DNA of 64,000 bases, taken from Candidatus Enterousia sp. GTDB lineage: Bacteria; Pseudomonadota; Alphaproteobacteria; Rs-D84. The stretch covers positions 5,088 through 69,087 of the forward strand of contig JAZRBB010000002.1 in the NCBI GenBank assembly GCA_045634865.1. Reading direction: 5' to 3'. Both the position numbers and the translations under genes were made by a program. Every line of letters begins with the position of its first letter. Position 1 is the first letter of the stretch. Positions 1-10,787 of this stretch are shown piece after piece. The notes beneath the pieces are model-generated. The model was not told the DNA's origin, ran no database searches, and saw only the letters and a list, made by a program, of their open reading frames with translations.

Positions 1-1125
<1,125 letters not shown>

Positions 1126-1143
1126 ACCAAGGAGGAAAATAAA

Positions 1144-2127
1144 ATGCCAAAAAAACAAATAGAAGTAATTGATATGGGTGGCAAAAAAACTGTCGCCAAA
1201 AAAACATCTGTGGTAACAACAACTAAACGTATATTTGCAATCGTCACAGTAATTTGGTTTGCGTTTATTGCGTGGTTTCCTTTGCATGTAAAAAACAATT
1301 ATTCTGGACCAATTAAAAAGTCTTTGGTTGTGTCGATGTTTTTTGATTTGCAACGCAGTATTGCGGAACAATATGAAAAACTATTGAGCGGAATTAAAAA
1401 ATCTATCAATCTGGAAAAACCAATTGGTGTTGCAATCGAAAAAGTCAAAATAGTAGAAGGAACTGTGGACAAGGCTTCCAATGCAACAGCCAAGGCAAAA
1501 TCACAAACGAACAAAGTCAAACAGGAAACCAGCAAAGTTTCCGCATTGACTGGAATCGCAAACAAATTCGGTGTCAAAACAGACGGTGTTGATAAAGCTG
1601 TTCAGAATGCGAACAATACTGTTGCCAAGGCTGATAAAGGCATTGCCAAGGTTGATGATGTCACACAAATGGTGAATAAAAAATTAGATACTGTAAAAAC
1701 AGAATTGGTAAAGGTTTCACAAACAGAAGTTGATAAAATGATTGATGAAGCAATTAAAAAACAACTGGATAAAAATTCTGGTGGTTTGGGAACAACATTG
1801 TTAACTAATTATGGAATCAAGCATGTTTATCCATGGCGTCCATCTTCATGGCCTGTGGCAACCAAAATTTATAACGATTTGGAAAAATCTAATGTCGGTG
1901 TTGTTCAGATTTTAACAAACACAGTGAATAAGTATTTTGGTTATGTTGCATGGGGTTTGGTAATTGCAACATGGGTTGTTGGTTTGATAGTTTGGTTTAT
2001 TGCCAAAGGCAAAGTAAAACAAGTCGTATCACCATGGTTGGTATGTCCAAGATGTGGTCATACGTTTGCAGACAAACGGACTGCAATGGGATTATTAAAG
2101 ATTTTCCAACCATGGAAATGGTTTTAA
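1144..2127 (+). CDS. membrane protein with N-terminal TM, central K/T-rich coiled-coil-like region, C-terminal TM and CPRCGH zinc-ribbon-like motif
   Basis: RBS aaggagg upstream; hydrophobic segments at aa 30-50 and about 265-290; no recognisable family. Confidence 0.45.
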   Translation: MPKKQIEVIDMGGKKTVAKKTSVVTTTKRIFAIVTVIWFAFIAWFPLHVKNNYSGPIKKSLVVSMFFDLQRSIAEQYEKLLSGIKKSINLEKPIGVAIEKVKIVEGTVDKASNATAKAKSQTNKVKQETSKVSALTGIANKFGVKTDGVDKAVQNANNTVAKADKGIAKVDDVTQMVNKKLDTVKTELVKVSQTEVDKMIDEAIKKQLDKNSGGLGTTLLTNYGIKHVYPWRPSSWPVATKIYNDLEKSNVGVVQILTNTVNKYFGYVAWGLVIATWVVGLIVWFIAKGKVKQVVSPWLVCPRCGHTFADKRTAMGLLKIFQPWKWF

Positions 2128-2188
2128 CGAATAAAATTCAACAAATAAAAATCCGCCGTTGTGGCGGATTTTTTGTTGTATAAATTTT

Positions 2189-2722
2189 TTAATGAACGTT
2201 CTGGTTTGCTTTCTGCAATCTGGCATCTATTTTCTTAAATACATTAAATGCGAATTCAGATTTTATTCCATGTTTGATATGTACAACCCCGACACCATAA
2301 TTTATTGTATCCAATTGGTTGTGCAATAAATTTTGTTCCTGTTCATCTGTTGTGTTGATTAAATTTTCTTGAATTCTGTTCACTGTTGGAATCAATAAAA
2401 AATCAGGCTTGCGCAAAACGATAATGCTGGCTACATCATTATAAAATTTGTTTCTGCATTCTTTAAGTTCGTGTAAAACAACAGAATTCAGATATTCAAC
2501 ATTGTCCAACAAACATTTTGATGCATCATAAACTTGTTTGAACAATTCTACATTTTTGTTGCGCGCAGCATTTGACATCAAACCATAAGCAATATCATAG
2601 CCTTCTTCTATGATGCTGGCAATTTTTTTAGATTCTTTTTCAGATGCGACTTTTTTGCGACTTGTTGATAGTTTGCTGATAATATTATCCAATTGTGTTA
2701 TATTTTGCACTGGTTCAATCAT
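2189..2722 (-). CDS. hypothetical protein
   Basis: ORF 2189..2764; internal Met (MIEPVQ) is the likelier start; divergent from 2899..3804. Confidence 0.35.
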   Translation of the reverse strand: MIEPVQNITQLDNIISKLSTSRKKVASEKESKKIASIIEEGYDIAYGLMSNAARNKNVELFKQVYDASKCLLDNVEYLNSVVLHELKECRNKFYNDVASIIVLRKPDFLLIPTVNRIQENLINTTDEQEQNLLHNQLDTINYGVGVVHIKHGIKSEFAFNVFKKIDARLQKANQNVH

Positions 2723-2898
2723 AATTTTGTCCTTTTTGTTAAAAGCAATGAATAATACGAGCAAAACAGCGCATTTGTCAATGATTTTGTTATATAAGGA
2801 ATTACGCTTGACGTTGTGCGTTTTTTGGCTATGCTTATAAAAAGTGAAAAATAAAATAAAAAGTGATAAAATATATAAAATAAAGACAGGAGGAATAT

Positions 2899-3804
2899 AT
2901 GCCAGTTTTTATGAAATTGGGTTTAATATCTAAGATACACAATGTTATAGAATCAAATCCAAAAGTGCACAAAAATATCGGTAATTTAGTGTTTACACCA
3001 AAGGCTGATGTGCAAAATGTCGATTGGTCCAAAGCCAAAGTTTTTGTACCAGGTGATCCGACCGCGGTACCTTGGATTAAACAAGCACTTTCAGAATTGC
3101 CAAAAGATGTTAAATTCACAACTGCATTTTTAGGTGGCAACAACAAGAAATATGATAAAAATTCTTTAGAAACAAAATTGGCAAGGCTGATGGCTATTTT
3201 CAACGGATATGAATTGAAACCATTTGAAAAAGGGATTGAATCTGAAATAATTTCAGAGATGGTAAAAGATGTTCTGCATGGCCCAATTGAGTTGGAAAAA
3301 GAGTCTTCTAATTCCAAAGCAAACTGGGAAAAAGCATTTGCACAAGGCATGTTGAATGATGTCCAAACAATTATAATTGTATATTCTAATGAAGGTGTAA
3401 CACGTCACATAGGAATATTAAAAGCAACTTTGACAAGACATGGTTTGGATACAAACAAATATAACATAATTGCGTGGCCATATACCGCAACAATTTCGTC
3501 TGAGAATCTGAATTTATATCAACAATCCTTGGGGGTAGATTTTCCTGTGCCAAAGGGTTTGATTGCATGCGATAAAGATACTTTTAATAAATCTGCATGG
3601 GGAATATATCGCACATTTATGGAACTGTTGGCTATTAACAGATGGTCCAAGAAAGGGGATGTTTATTTAACAGCCGAACAAAAACAATTGTTGAACAATA
3701 TATTCAGCGTCAAGACATTGGCTTTTGCTTTGGGCAAGACTGTGGTCACAGAAATGAAAAAAACACCAAAGAAATTGGCTAACTTGTTCAACAAAGAACG
3801 CTAA
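2899..3804 (+). CDS. hypothetical protein (301 aa)
   Basis: RBS gacaggagg upstream of ATG; followed by hairpin terminator at 3826-3850. Confidence 0.45.
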   Translation: MPVFMKLGLISKIHNVIESNPKVHKNIGNLVFTPKADVQNVDWSKAKVFVPGDPTAVPWIKQALSELPKDVKFTTAFLGGNNKKYDKNSLETKLARLMAIFNGYELKPFEKGIESEIISEMVKDVLHGPIELEKESSNSKANWEKAFAQGMLNDVQTIIIVYSNEGVTRHIGILKATLTRHGLDTNKYNIIAWPYTATISSENLNLYQQSLGVDFPVPKGLIACDKDTFNKSAWGIYRTFMELLAINRWSKKGDVYLTAEQKQLLNNIFSVKTLAFALGKTVVTEMKKTPKKLANLFNKER

Positions 3805-3825
3805 TCAAAATAAAACATCAAATAA

Positions 3826-3850
3826 TAAAACCCGCAATTTGCGGGTTTTT
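3826..3850. terminator. bidirectional rho-independent terminator (aaaacccgcaaattgcgggtttttac-like hairpin)
   Basis: GC stem cccgca/tgcggg flanked by A and T runs, between convergent genes. Confidence 0.6.
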
Positions 3851-3857
3851 ACAAATC

Positions 3858-4037
3858 TTAGTGAGGCATTTTCGCTTCTGTAAACTTGACATGCTTGCGC
3901 AGTTTTGGATCATACTTGCGGAAAGACATTTTGCCCTGAGTATTTTCAGATTTAGTATTTTTTGTAGTCACATAGAAAAAACCGGTTTCTTTGTTTTCCA
4001 GTTTTACGACTTCTTTGCTACCTTTTTTAGATGCCAT
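3858..4037 (-). CDS. rpmG: 50S ribosomal protein L33 (59 aa; below ORF-track cutoff)
   Basis: Manual translation MASKKGSKEVVKLENKETGFFYVTTKNTKSENTQGKMSFRKYDPKLRKHVKFTEAKMPH matches the L33 signature FYxTTKN...KYDP..RKHV. Confidence 0.7.
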   Translation of the reverse strand: MASKKGSKEVVKLENKETGFFYVTTKNTKSENTQGKMSFRKYDPKLRKHVKFTEAKMPH

Positions 4038-4200
4038 TTTTATTACCTTTTTTAATTACTGTGCGTCATTGTATGCTATATTTTACGTAAAATCAAGTTT
4101 TTTTTTATAGTGCTTATTAACGAAAAACAATCATGAAAAACAAAAAGATTGACAATTATAATGTTTTGTGCTATTATTGGGGCAATAAAAGGATGTTTAT

Positions 4201-5301
4201 ATGCAACCAGAATTGTCGATAATTATTCCGGTATATAACTGCGAAAAATATATTATTCGCTGTCTGGGGTCTGTATTGCGTCAGCAAGGTTCGGATAAAT
4301 ACGAAATAATTGTTGTAAATGATGGTTCGACTGATAACACTGCACAAAAATTAAATCAATTCACACCAAAGTATAAAAATATAAATGTTATTCATCAGAA
4401 AAATGCAGGTGTGTCTGCGGCTCGGAATGTTGGGATTTCCGCTTCACATGGTAAATATATAACTTTTATTGATGGCGATGATATGGTTGGGTTTAATGCA
4501 TTGGCGTTTGATAAGCACCTACAAGATTTTAAATGCAAAAACTGGTGTGATATAATGTGTGTTGGTACTCACAAGGATGTTCCAAAAAAATTGACCGCAG
4601 AATACTTTGATAATGGATATTTTGTGAATATGTTAAATGTTGCATATAAAACCAAAGCAGATATTGTTTTGGGGGGCTATGTTGGTATAGATTATGAGGG
4701 TGATTTTAATGGACCGCATTTATGGTGCAATGTTTACGACGCACAATATGTTTATAAAGATACGCCCAAAGATAAACAAATTGCGATGGGGGTTGTTGAT
4801 TTGCGCCAAAGTGCAAATTTTGCTTTATATAGTCGCGAATTCCTGGATAAACATGATTTGCGTTTTGTTGCTAATATGCAATTAGATGAAGATATATTGT
4901 TTGGTATGTTGGCTGTGTTATATGCCCAAAAAATTGCTACAGCACCAGACGTCACATATTTTTACAACAGACATTCTGGTAGCTTATCCAATATGGATAG
5001 TTTATTAAAATATGACATTGCATACATTCAAAGATTTGCTGTGCTGTTAAATGAAATCGCAAAGATGCCGAAATATGAAAGTTTGTTTACACAATATACA
5101 CAAGAATATGTGCAATATGTCACCCGATATATTATGCAATCTGATAGAGAGATAAATTTCCCCAAAAGTATGTATAATTGTAAAGATTGTAAACGAACAA
5201 GTTGCACAGGTTTTGTAGAATGTCAAATTGTAAATGATGTGTTGGAACATTGCAGACAAAATATAATAAAATATCTTCCAAATTCAAACGTTCGGATGTA
5301 A
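4201..5301 (+). CDS. family 2 glycosyltransferase
   Basis: N-terminal GT-A motifs: IIIPVYNCEKYI, VNDGSTDNT, IDGDD. Confidence 0.8.
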   Translation: MQPELSIIIPVYNCEKYIIRCLGSVLRQQGSDKYEIIVVNDGSTDNTAQKLNQFTPKYKNINVIHQKNAGVSAARNVGISASHGKYITFIDGDDMVGFNALAFDKHLQDFKCKNWCDIMCVGTHKDVPKKLTAEYFDNGYFVNMLNVAYKTKADIVLGGYVGIDYEGDFNGPHLWCNVYDAQYVYKDTPKDKQIAMGVVDLRQSANFALYSREFLDKHDLRFVANMQLDEDILFGMLAVLYAQKIATAPDVTYFYNRHSGSLSNMDSLLKYDIAYIQRFAVLLNEIAKMPKYESLFTQYTQEYVQYVTRYIMQSDREINFPKSMYNCKDCKRTSCTGFVECQIVNDVLEHCRQNIIKYLPNSNVRM

Positions 5302-5381
5302 TGACGATTTACGACGCGATATATAAAACAAATATTATTTGTTAGTCCGCCTTCGCAGTTCTTAAAATGTGAAAATGTATT

Positions 5382-5448
5382 CAAGAATTTGTTGTGCTAC
5401 GCCGCGACACTCGATTTTCAACCCTTGCTTCGCTGCGGTGAAAATCGG
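5382..5448 (-). repeat. tRNA 3'-trailer hairpin element, copy 1 (abuts tRNA-Leu 3' end)
   Basis: About 80% identical to 52196..52262, which abuts tRNA-Ala in the same relative orientation; stem ccgattttcacc/ggtgaaaatcgg. Confidence 0.6.
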
Positions 5449-5533
<85 letters not shown>

Positions 5534-5683
5534 AGTAAATCAATAAACCGGATAATTGCGTGGATAACCTTCGCTGCGAACCAGGTCAGATTTGACCCCA
5601 CAGCCAGCCAACACGATTAAACAAATTATCACGATTATTTTTTTCATGCCCAGATTATAAAGAACTTTATCGCCAATGTCAAT

Positions 5684-6004
5684 TTATGAAATGATTATTC
5701 CGACCACACCGAATTTGTCTTGGGCAGATTTATCATAAAAAAGTTCCATAATTTTCAGCGCGTTTTCTTTGTCACCCAGTCCCGTTTTTGATATATCGAT
5801 TATATCAAATAGAGAATCAAAGTTTTGTGCCAATATTAATCCTTTGATAGTAACTGGAAAACATTCGTTTCCATGGTCAAAAACTATCGTATCGCCAGGT
5901 TGAACTTTTCGCCTTTTTTCATCCCATAAGCGTAGTTCAATAGTTTTTGCACCGTTTTTAATCAAATCAAAATAAGGCTGTTTCAAATTCATATTGTGTG
6001 TCGC
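5684..6004 (-). CDS. ASCH domain protein
   Basis: ORF 5684..6064, likely start at the internal MATHNM; TIELRLWDEKRRKVQPGDTIVF resembles the ASCH beta-barrel. Confidence 0.55.
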   Translation of the reverse strand, partial: ATHNMNLKQPYFDLIKNGAKTIELRLWDEKRRKVQPGDTIVFDHGNECFPVTIKGLILAQNFDSLFDIIDISKTGLGDKENALKIMELFYDKSAQDKFGVVGIIIS

Positions 6005-6142
6005 CATAACAAAACCTCTGTGTTCTACATGTGACATATAATAACATAAAAATACCAAATGCAAAATATTTGAAAAAATACTTGCAATTTGTCCGCAGTT
6101 ATTATAATATAACAGGGCTTTGTGATAACAAAGAACAGTTTT

Positions 6143-6220
6143 GGGGTGTTAGCTCAGCTGGTTTAGAGCGTCTGCCTGTCACGCAGAAGGTCGAGGGTTC
6201 GAGCCCCTTACATCCCGCCA
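6143..6220 (+). tRNA. tRNA-Asp(GTC)
   Basis: Cloverleaf with anticodon loop CTGTCAC, discriminator G73, CCA encoded. Confidence 0.85.
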
Positions 6221-6232
6221 CCATTTTCAATT

Positions 6233-6307
6233 GGCCCCATCGTCTAATGGTTAGGACACCGCCCTTTCAAGGCGAGAATCCCGGTTCAAATCCGAGTGGG
6301 GCTGCCA
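6233..6307 (+). tRNA. tRNA-Glu(TTC)
   Basis: GGCCCCATCGTCTAATGG...CCGCCCTTTCAAGGCG... resembles E. coli tRNA-Glu; one T-stem mismatch; CCA encoded. Confidence 0.8.
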
Positions 6308-6609
6308 AAATAAAAAGAGCACCGTTATGGTGGTCGTTTTATTTTGCTTGGTATCTCACTGGATTGGAACCGCTTAGGTTCACTATGAGTGCTAACGAGT
6401 GAGGTCAGGGCATCACGGCACGTTATGTGCCGTACAAAAACGCAGTTTTTGTGGGCGAAGCCCAAGGTGTGCATGACCAAATCCGAGTGGGGCAATTAAG
6501 AAAATCTTAAAAAATCGACAAACGGAGATTTTTTTGATTTTCGTTATTGGTGTGAGTTCGAAAGTTAGGTGGTAAAACCCATACCTGTTTTACACATTTA
6601 CGAACTGTA

Positions 6610-7629
6610 TTATCTGCCAGCATATGTCATAGAGTTTGAATTGAGACGATTATTTTTTTCAAAATGTATAACGTTAACTTGTTTTGTGGTTGGTATGTAT
6701 TTCTTGCTTTTTGTGCCGTCGGCATTATAGACAATCACACCGTCAGACAAATTAGGGGGAACTTCGATATTATCAAAACGTTCTTGTAAAAATAACGCAG
6801 GGTCTATTATTCCGGAAATCCCCATTCTTTCTAAATAAGTCTGAATTGCTTGTATCGGTGTGGTTCTGTTTGTCGATGTTTTTAATGTTCTCATAACTAA
6901 TAAATCATGACAAGCTTGTTCTATATATGTATCATTCCACCAATTGATAGAGTGATAAAATAATTTTTGAAGTCTTTTTGCCGGTAATTTCCATAGTTCA
7001 GTCAAATTGGAAAAAATATGATTGTTAATATTTATTTCATCATTATTGAATATGTTTTTCCAATGAGCCAAAACAAAATCGCGTTTCGCCAGTTTTTCAT
7101 AAAAACTTGCTTTTGTTAACATATATTTATAAACCAAATAACCATCATAAACGGCACATTTTTCAAATTCTGGTAATTTTATCAGTTCTTGTTCAAGTGT
7201 TATTTCTAGTAACCAGGTTTCCATTTCTGCCATTTTTGAAATGCGAAAAGTTTGACCATCTGATGGGGTTATAATGTCGTCAATATTCAGCCCTGATTTT
7301 TTCTGATTTGCGTGACATAATTCATGTGCAAACACCGTTAAAAAATTCATCTTTCCTTGGGGGGTATCATAATCTAATTTTTTTATATTAATCATTATTC
7401 GGTTGGTGCCAGGCGAATAAGCTGCTTTATTATCATGAATATTCGTTGAAAAAACAATCTGCAAACCATCTGGTAAATTGTTCAAGATATTTTGCATTTG
7501 CGGGATATCACGCAAATAATTCATCGCATCGTTTATGATGCTTCTTTTATTCATTTTTTGTCGAATGAGTCGTGTTTTTTCTTTATATATTTTTTTGATT
7601 GCATCAATATACGTCTGTGGCTTTGTCAT
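6610..7629 (-). CDS. hypothetical protein with HExxH zincin-like motif (FAHELCHANQ)
   Basis: 339 aa, no signal peptide; single HExxH motif; first gene after the tRNA-Glu direct repeat. Confidence 0.45.
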   Translation of the reverse strand: MTKPQTYIDAIKKIYKEKTRLIRQKMNKRSIINDAMNYLRDIPQMQNILNNLPDGLQIVFSTNIHDNKAAYSPGTNRIMINIKKLDYDTPQGKMNFLTVFAHELCHANQKKSGLNIDDIITPSDGQTFRISKMAEMETWLLEITLEQELIKLPEFEKCAVYDGYLVYKYMLTKASFYEKLAKRDFVLAHWKNIFNNDEININNHIFSNLTELWKLPAKRLQKLFYHSINWWNDTYIEQACHDLLVMRTLKTSTNRTTPIQAIQTYLERMGISGIIDPALFLQERFDNIEVPPNLSDGVIVYNADGTKSKKYIPTTKQVNVIHFEKNNRLNSNSMTYAGR

Positions 7630-7688
7630 AAGAGTACTCGTTTATTCTGTGAATGCCTGTTTATACATTTACGAACTTTTTATTTTGA

Positions 7689-8450
7689 TTAACTTATAAA
7701 ATCTGCAAGTTCCAAAGCGATTTCAAAATGTTTCGCATCGTGTTGGGTTCCTTCAACCTGGCCTTCAAAAGCGTGCCTTTCATCCCATTCCGGTGCATCA
7801 AGCAAATCCCCACTTGTAAAAAATACATAAAAATCAAGTCCGCGAAAATCACACATTGCTTGAACGGCTGCACTTTCCATTTCAACACTTATACAACCAG
7901 CTGCTTTTCTTTTTTCAAAATTACCTCGTGTTTCACGATAGAAAGAATCTGTTGTCCAAGTTTTTCCACGAACAAACGGCAGTTTGTTTTGTTCCATAAA
8001 TTCACATACTTTTTCACAATTAAGAACTTCAACCCAGTCACTTGCTGGCATATAATGGTAAGAAGTTCCTTCATCTCTCCAAGCAGCATCTGGAACCATT
8101 ATTTTACCACGAGCAATTTCTTTATTTAAGCAACCAGCACCACCAAAAAGAACATATTTCTTGGTATTAATTTTACCCAAAGCATCTTCAATAGAACCTA
8201 CACAAGCTGGAGCACCAACATAAGTTTTAAAGAAAGCAAATTTTTTACCATTATGTTCAATTAACCATATCGGTGTGATACCTGTTGCAAAATGAAACTC
8301 ACCGATTTTAGTGGGTTTAAAATGAGATAATACATATTCTTCTATTTTGTAGGAAAAAGTGATAATACATGCGTCAACAACGACTGCGTCTGGGTTTTCT
8401 TCTGGATTTATAATTGCAGGTGTAGCATTATCAAAAGCGTCTGTTATCAT
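7689..8450 (-). CDS. PNP/UDP-family nucleoside phosphorylase (uridine-phosphorylase-like, 253 aa)
   Basis: Motifs FGGAGCL and VEMESAAV typical of the PNP_UDP_1 fold; same length as E. coli Udp. Confidence 0.65.
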   Translation of the reverse strand: MITDAFDNATPAIINPEENPDAVVVDACIITFSYKIEEYVLSHFKPTKIGEFHFATGITPIWLIEHNGKKFAFFKTYVGAPACVGSIEDALGKINTKKYVLFGGAGCLNKEIARGKIMVPDAAWRDEGTSYHYMPASDWVEVLNCEKVCEFMEQNKLPFVRGKTWTTDSFYRETRGNFEKRKAAGCISVEMESAAVQAMCDFRGLDFYVFFTSGDLLDAPEWDERHAFEGQVEGTQHDAKHFEIALELADFIS

Positions 8451-8607
8451 TTTATAATCCTTTCATTATTCAAAAGTAATTATATCACAAAATTTGCAAA
8501 AATGTTTTTATTTCTTTCCCGAACTGCAACAAATCTTGGATAAAATCAGTTCGTGAATTGCACAGATGGCCATGCCAAAATAAAAGACCACCGTTTTGGT
8601 GGTCTTT

Positions 8608-8859
8608 TTATTTTTTCCATCTTTTTAATGTCGGATATATTTTTTGACAATATTCACGCATTTGATCACCAGTCATGTTTGCCTGATGTGCGAACGGAAC
8701 CATCATTTCGATGTATTCTTCCATAGTTGCTTGTTGAAGAAATTGACCATCTTTATAGCAATAAATACAATAATCTGAATTTTTAGAACCGTCTTTGTTT
8801 GTTCCAAATACAGATTCATCGTTCATCGGCATAGCACAGCTTTGACATATTTTTTGCAT
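8608..8859 (-). CDS. zinc-ribbon domain protein (83 aa)
   Basis: CQSC...(18)...CIYC pattern. Confidence 0.45.
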   Translation of the reverse strand: MQKICQSCAMPMNDESVFGTNKDGSKNSDYCIYCYKDGQFLQQATMEEYIEMMVPFAHQANMTGDQMREYCQKIYPTLKRWKK

Positions 8860-9023
8860 GAAACTTCCTTTGTTTATACAGACATTATATCAAGACTTAT
8901 ATGCAGTTGCAAGTTGTAACAACATCTTAACATCTTTCCCGAATGACAACAATTCATGAATAAAATCAACTCGTGAATTGCACGGTAAAATTATTTGATT
9001 TTATTCCTGAATACCTTTAAGAT

Positions 9024-10196
9024 ATGTGCATGGAAATACGCAGAAATATACTTTTATTTAAATTATATTATTTGTTTTCGGCAGTGTGGCCGTTGGCGGC
9101 GTTGGCTATTGTGTTTTTTCATAAAATAACCGGTTCGTATGCTTTCGCATTGGGTGTATTTTCAATTGTGAATATAGTACAAAGTATTGCAGAGGTTCCA
9201 ACAGGTGTCATTTCTGATAAAATCGGGCGCAAAAAGACCATGGCTTTATCGTCTGTTTTGACAGCTTTGGCATACATAATATTTGCTTTGGCGGGCACTT
9301 TTGCATACAAATATTTATTGATTTTGGGTGCTGTAATATGGGCAATTGCTGATGCGTTTGCATCAGGAACAGATGATGCATTAATGTATGAGACTATGGA
9401 AGAATTACGCAAGGCAGATAAATACGATATAATATATGCGCGCAGTAAAACCTTTGATCAAATTGGGATGGGAATGGGGGCATTGATTGCTGCAATTGTG
9501 ACATATTTTTATTCATTAAATGTTTTAGCATGGGTTTCTGTGGCTTTCAGTATTATACCAATATTTGTTTGTTTGCGTTTTGTGGAACCCAAAAAACATA
9601 CTGTGGAAGATTGTGCATCTGTGAAACATTTTATGTCTGCAATCAAAGCCTTTGTGCAAAACAAAAAGTTACGTATATTGGCAACAATACAAATGTTAAA
9701 TCGTGGTATCAGTTTTTCTGGTCATCAGTTTGAAGCGGCATATTTTAATATGCTGATACCAACTTGGGCGGTAAATATAGCACGTTTGGTGAAACAAACT
9801 TGCGGAACAATAAGTTTTGCAATTGCTCCATATTTTCGCAAATTTGGTTTTTACAGAATTTTAATTGCTTCTAGTATTGGTATGACGATAATCAAAGGAA
9901 CTGCGGTTATCTTGAATAATTTTGCGACACCTTTTATACAATCTTGTGTGAATCTTTTGTGGGGAACGTCATCTACTGCTGAATCTGCATTGTTGCAACA
10001 AGAATTGTCATCAAAACAGCGCGCAACAATGGGATCAATCGTTTCTCTGTTGGGTGGAATATTATCAGCCGTAATTTATTGGTTGGTTGGTTTTGTTGCA
10101 GACGTTTCATCTGTTTATTTCGCAATTATTATGCTGATTTGTAGTAATTTGTTCATCAGTGCTGGTTATTATTGGATGTTAAAAAAGTATAAATGA
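9024..10196 (+). CDS. MFS transporter
   Basis: About 12 predicted TM segments; MFS-like GRK motif DKIGRKK between TM2 and TM3. Confidence 0.7.
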   Translation: MCMEIRRNILLFKLYYLFSAVWPLAALAIVFFHKITGSYAFALGVFSIVNIVQSIAEVPTGVISDKIGRKKTMALSSVLTALAYIIFALAGTFAYKYLLILGAVIWAIADAFASGTDDALMYETMEELRKADKYDIIYARSKTFDQIGMGMGALIAAIVTYFYSLNVLAWVSVAFSIIPIFVCLRFVEPKKHTVEDCASVKHFMSAIKAFVQNKKLRILATIQMLNRGISFSGHQFEAAYFNMLIPTWAVNIARLVKQTCGTISFAIAPYFRKFGFYRILIASSIGMTIIKGTAVILNNFATPFIQSCVNLLWGTSSTAESALLQQELSSKQRATMGSIVSLLGGILSAVIYWLVGFVADVSSVYFAIIMLICSNLFISAGYYWMLKKYK

Positions 10197-10329
10197 TATT
10201 ATTAAAAATCCCTTAACATCTTTCCCAAACGATAATGAATTGCACAGTATGTTTTAACATTGCTTTTTTATGCTGATTACAGAAAAAACAGGATTTATTT
10301 ACCTAGGGTTATCATATATCGATTGGATT

Positions 10330-10764
10330 CTAAGCAACCATACGTTTTTTATTATCGCCATCTAACATATATTCCACAGCAGAAGACACAAATGCGGAAC
10401 GGTTTTTAGATATTCTATCTATTCTGGCAACCAATCTACTGTCCATAGAAATTAAGATTTTCTGTGTTCCAAATCCTGGAATGGCAGGAATAATAGCAGT
10501 TATATAATCAGGTGCCTCTTTAATCCAGTTTTTCCACTCAGACCAAGTTTTTTTGATTTTCTCAAAAGTAGAAGGTTCTGGAATATCCTCACCTAATTCT
10601 TTCATAACTTCTATATGACTGGCTAAACCTTCTGTTGCAGATTGAACAGCTTCTTCAAAAGAATCGCCAACAGAAGAGAATCCAGGAAAATCAGGGACAA
10701 CAACACCATATTTTCCAGTTTCTTTATCTTGTTCAAATAAAGCGATATAATTATTGTTTTTCAT
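10330..10764 (-). CDS. hicB: HicB-family antitoxin (N-terminal HicB/UPF0150 fold plus C-terminal RHH-like DNA-binding tail)
   Basis: 144 aa immediately downstream of hicA on the same strand; N-terminal YGVVVPDFPGFSSVGDSFEEA typical of HicB; C-terminal LVARIDRIS...FVSSAVEYML ribbon-helix-helix-like. Confidence 0.7.
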   Translation of the reverse strand: MKNNNYIALFEQDKETGKYGVVVPDFPGFSSVGDSFEEAVQSATEGLASHIEVMKELGEDIPEPSTFEKIKKTWSEWKNWIKEAPDYITAIIPAIPGFGTQKILISMDSRLVARIDRISKNRSAFVSSAVEYMLDGDNKKRMVA

Positions 10765-10787
10765 CTCTTGCCCCCATTTCGTTTTAT

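Noticed and set aside
7689-8450. PNP-family phosphorylase as a defence effector (Detocs/CBASS-like)
   Set aside because: It stands alone with no sensor, kinase or cyclase partners. Its size and motifs equal housekeeping uridine phosphorylase, so it is treated as a metabolic gene.
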